From positions 935,681-999,680 of the forward strand of contig NW_027104472.1 of assembly GCF_902728285.1 (NCBI RefSeq): a stretch of DNA of 64,000 nt, given 5' to 3'. Source of the DNA: Clytia hemisphaerica (taxonomy: Eukaryota). The notes under the pieces are model-generated. The model worked only from the letters and a program-made list of their open reading frames with translations, was not told the origin of the DNA and did no database searches. The first letter of the stretch is position 1, and every line of letters starts with the position of its first letter. Below are positions 63,348-64,000 of the stretch, piece after piece. Both the position numbers and the translations under genes were made by a program.

Positions 63348-64000
63348 AACCAATCGTAAATCAAGCTTAACTACCTCGCAAATTCCAAATAACAAACACC
63401 CTTCTTATGTGTGTAGCTATGACAACGAAGTTTTTTTGAATGATGAATCCTAATGAGCACTATGTGGGCTGGGTGACCTACTTTCCTTAACCCCAGGAGT
63501 GAGAGTACTAGGGTTGCGAGTCGACGGGGATGTGCAGCTCGACTTTCGACCCTCAAACCCTTAGAGGGACTAAAAAGATTTTGTGAATTTTACTTCCCTT
63601 ATCAGGACTAATTTGACCAATTTTCGATCTTTCCTATTTTTCCGACCCTTAGTGGGACTGAGGTTTGATTTTCTAATTTTTCCAATCCTTATAGGGACTG
63701 CCAGGTTCCCTAAAAGCCCCCCCCCCCCCACCGTGCTTTAACCCCAATGTCGAGGAGGTTGTTCCTGGAAGGTTGAACCGACCATGGATTCTAGCTGAAA
63801 TTGTAGATATTCTCATCGTATTTATATCAACTTTTAATATACTAATAGACGTTATCTTGAATTTAGACTCCTTTTAAAATGTCATTGAATTTTTACCGAT
63901 ATTTCAGAGGTTCAGAGACCATTCTCTGGATGTCGAGGGTTTCAATACAGCTTAATGCCTTATGGTGAAAGACCTGAATAGGTTTATCGACGTCAGTAAA

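Overview
This 64 kb window is eukaryotic nuclear DNA (an AT-rich, transposon-dense invertebrate metazoan genome; a Hydra-like cnidarian is plausible but unproven), not prokaryotic. Most six-frame ORFs are spurious. The real genes are multi-exon with GT-AG introns.

1. A SPAG1 (sperm-associated antigen 1 / RPAP3-family) ortholog, + strand, CDS 1760-18881 in about 22 exons. It has three TPR blocks and a C-terminal RPAP3_C domain. Short putative 3' exons of an upstream gene lie at 56-831.

2. A METTL21-family (Methyltransf_16) protein-lysine methyltransferase gene, + strand, 5 exons at 21060-27919. Intron 3 is filled with nested transposons.

3. An intron-containing class-A (rhodopsin-like) GPCR gene, + strand, 4 coding exons at 59713-62632 with a possible fifth. 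The DRY, CWLP and NPxxY motifs are present, and there is no conserved TM3 cysteine.

The rest is repeats.

- A 5'-truncated CR1/L2-like LINE ORF2 fragment (APE endonuclease tail plus RT) at about 45990-48125.
- Two ~1.2 kb copies of an ORF1-only retroposon with A-rich tails (L1 ORF1p/Transposase_22-like with an N-terminal Cys/His cluster, HAL1-like) at 30781-31990 and 51508-52717, both on the - strand.
- A 2.7 kb TIR DNA element (23458-26132) with a second partial copy (33120-35300) and a solo TIR fragment interrupted by a nested MITE (37171-37531).
- At least 20 MITEs from several families. Three have 8-bp TSDs (hAT-like), one is TTAA-flanked, and one family carries poly-C 'CCCCCCCGTTTATTAATTTTCGAAAA' motifs.
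- Several intronic satellite/minisatellite arrays with units of about 185, 124, 57 and 45 bp.
- A degenerate tRNA-like SINE head.

No CRISPR, operons or prokaryotic defense loci are present. The points most worth follow-up are the ORF1-only retroposon pair, the poly-C MITE family, a MITE sitting 18 nt from a splice donor, and a GC-rich island of unknown function at 52790-53060.
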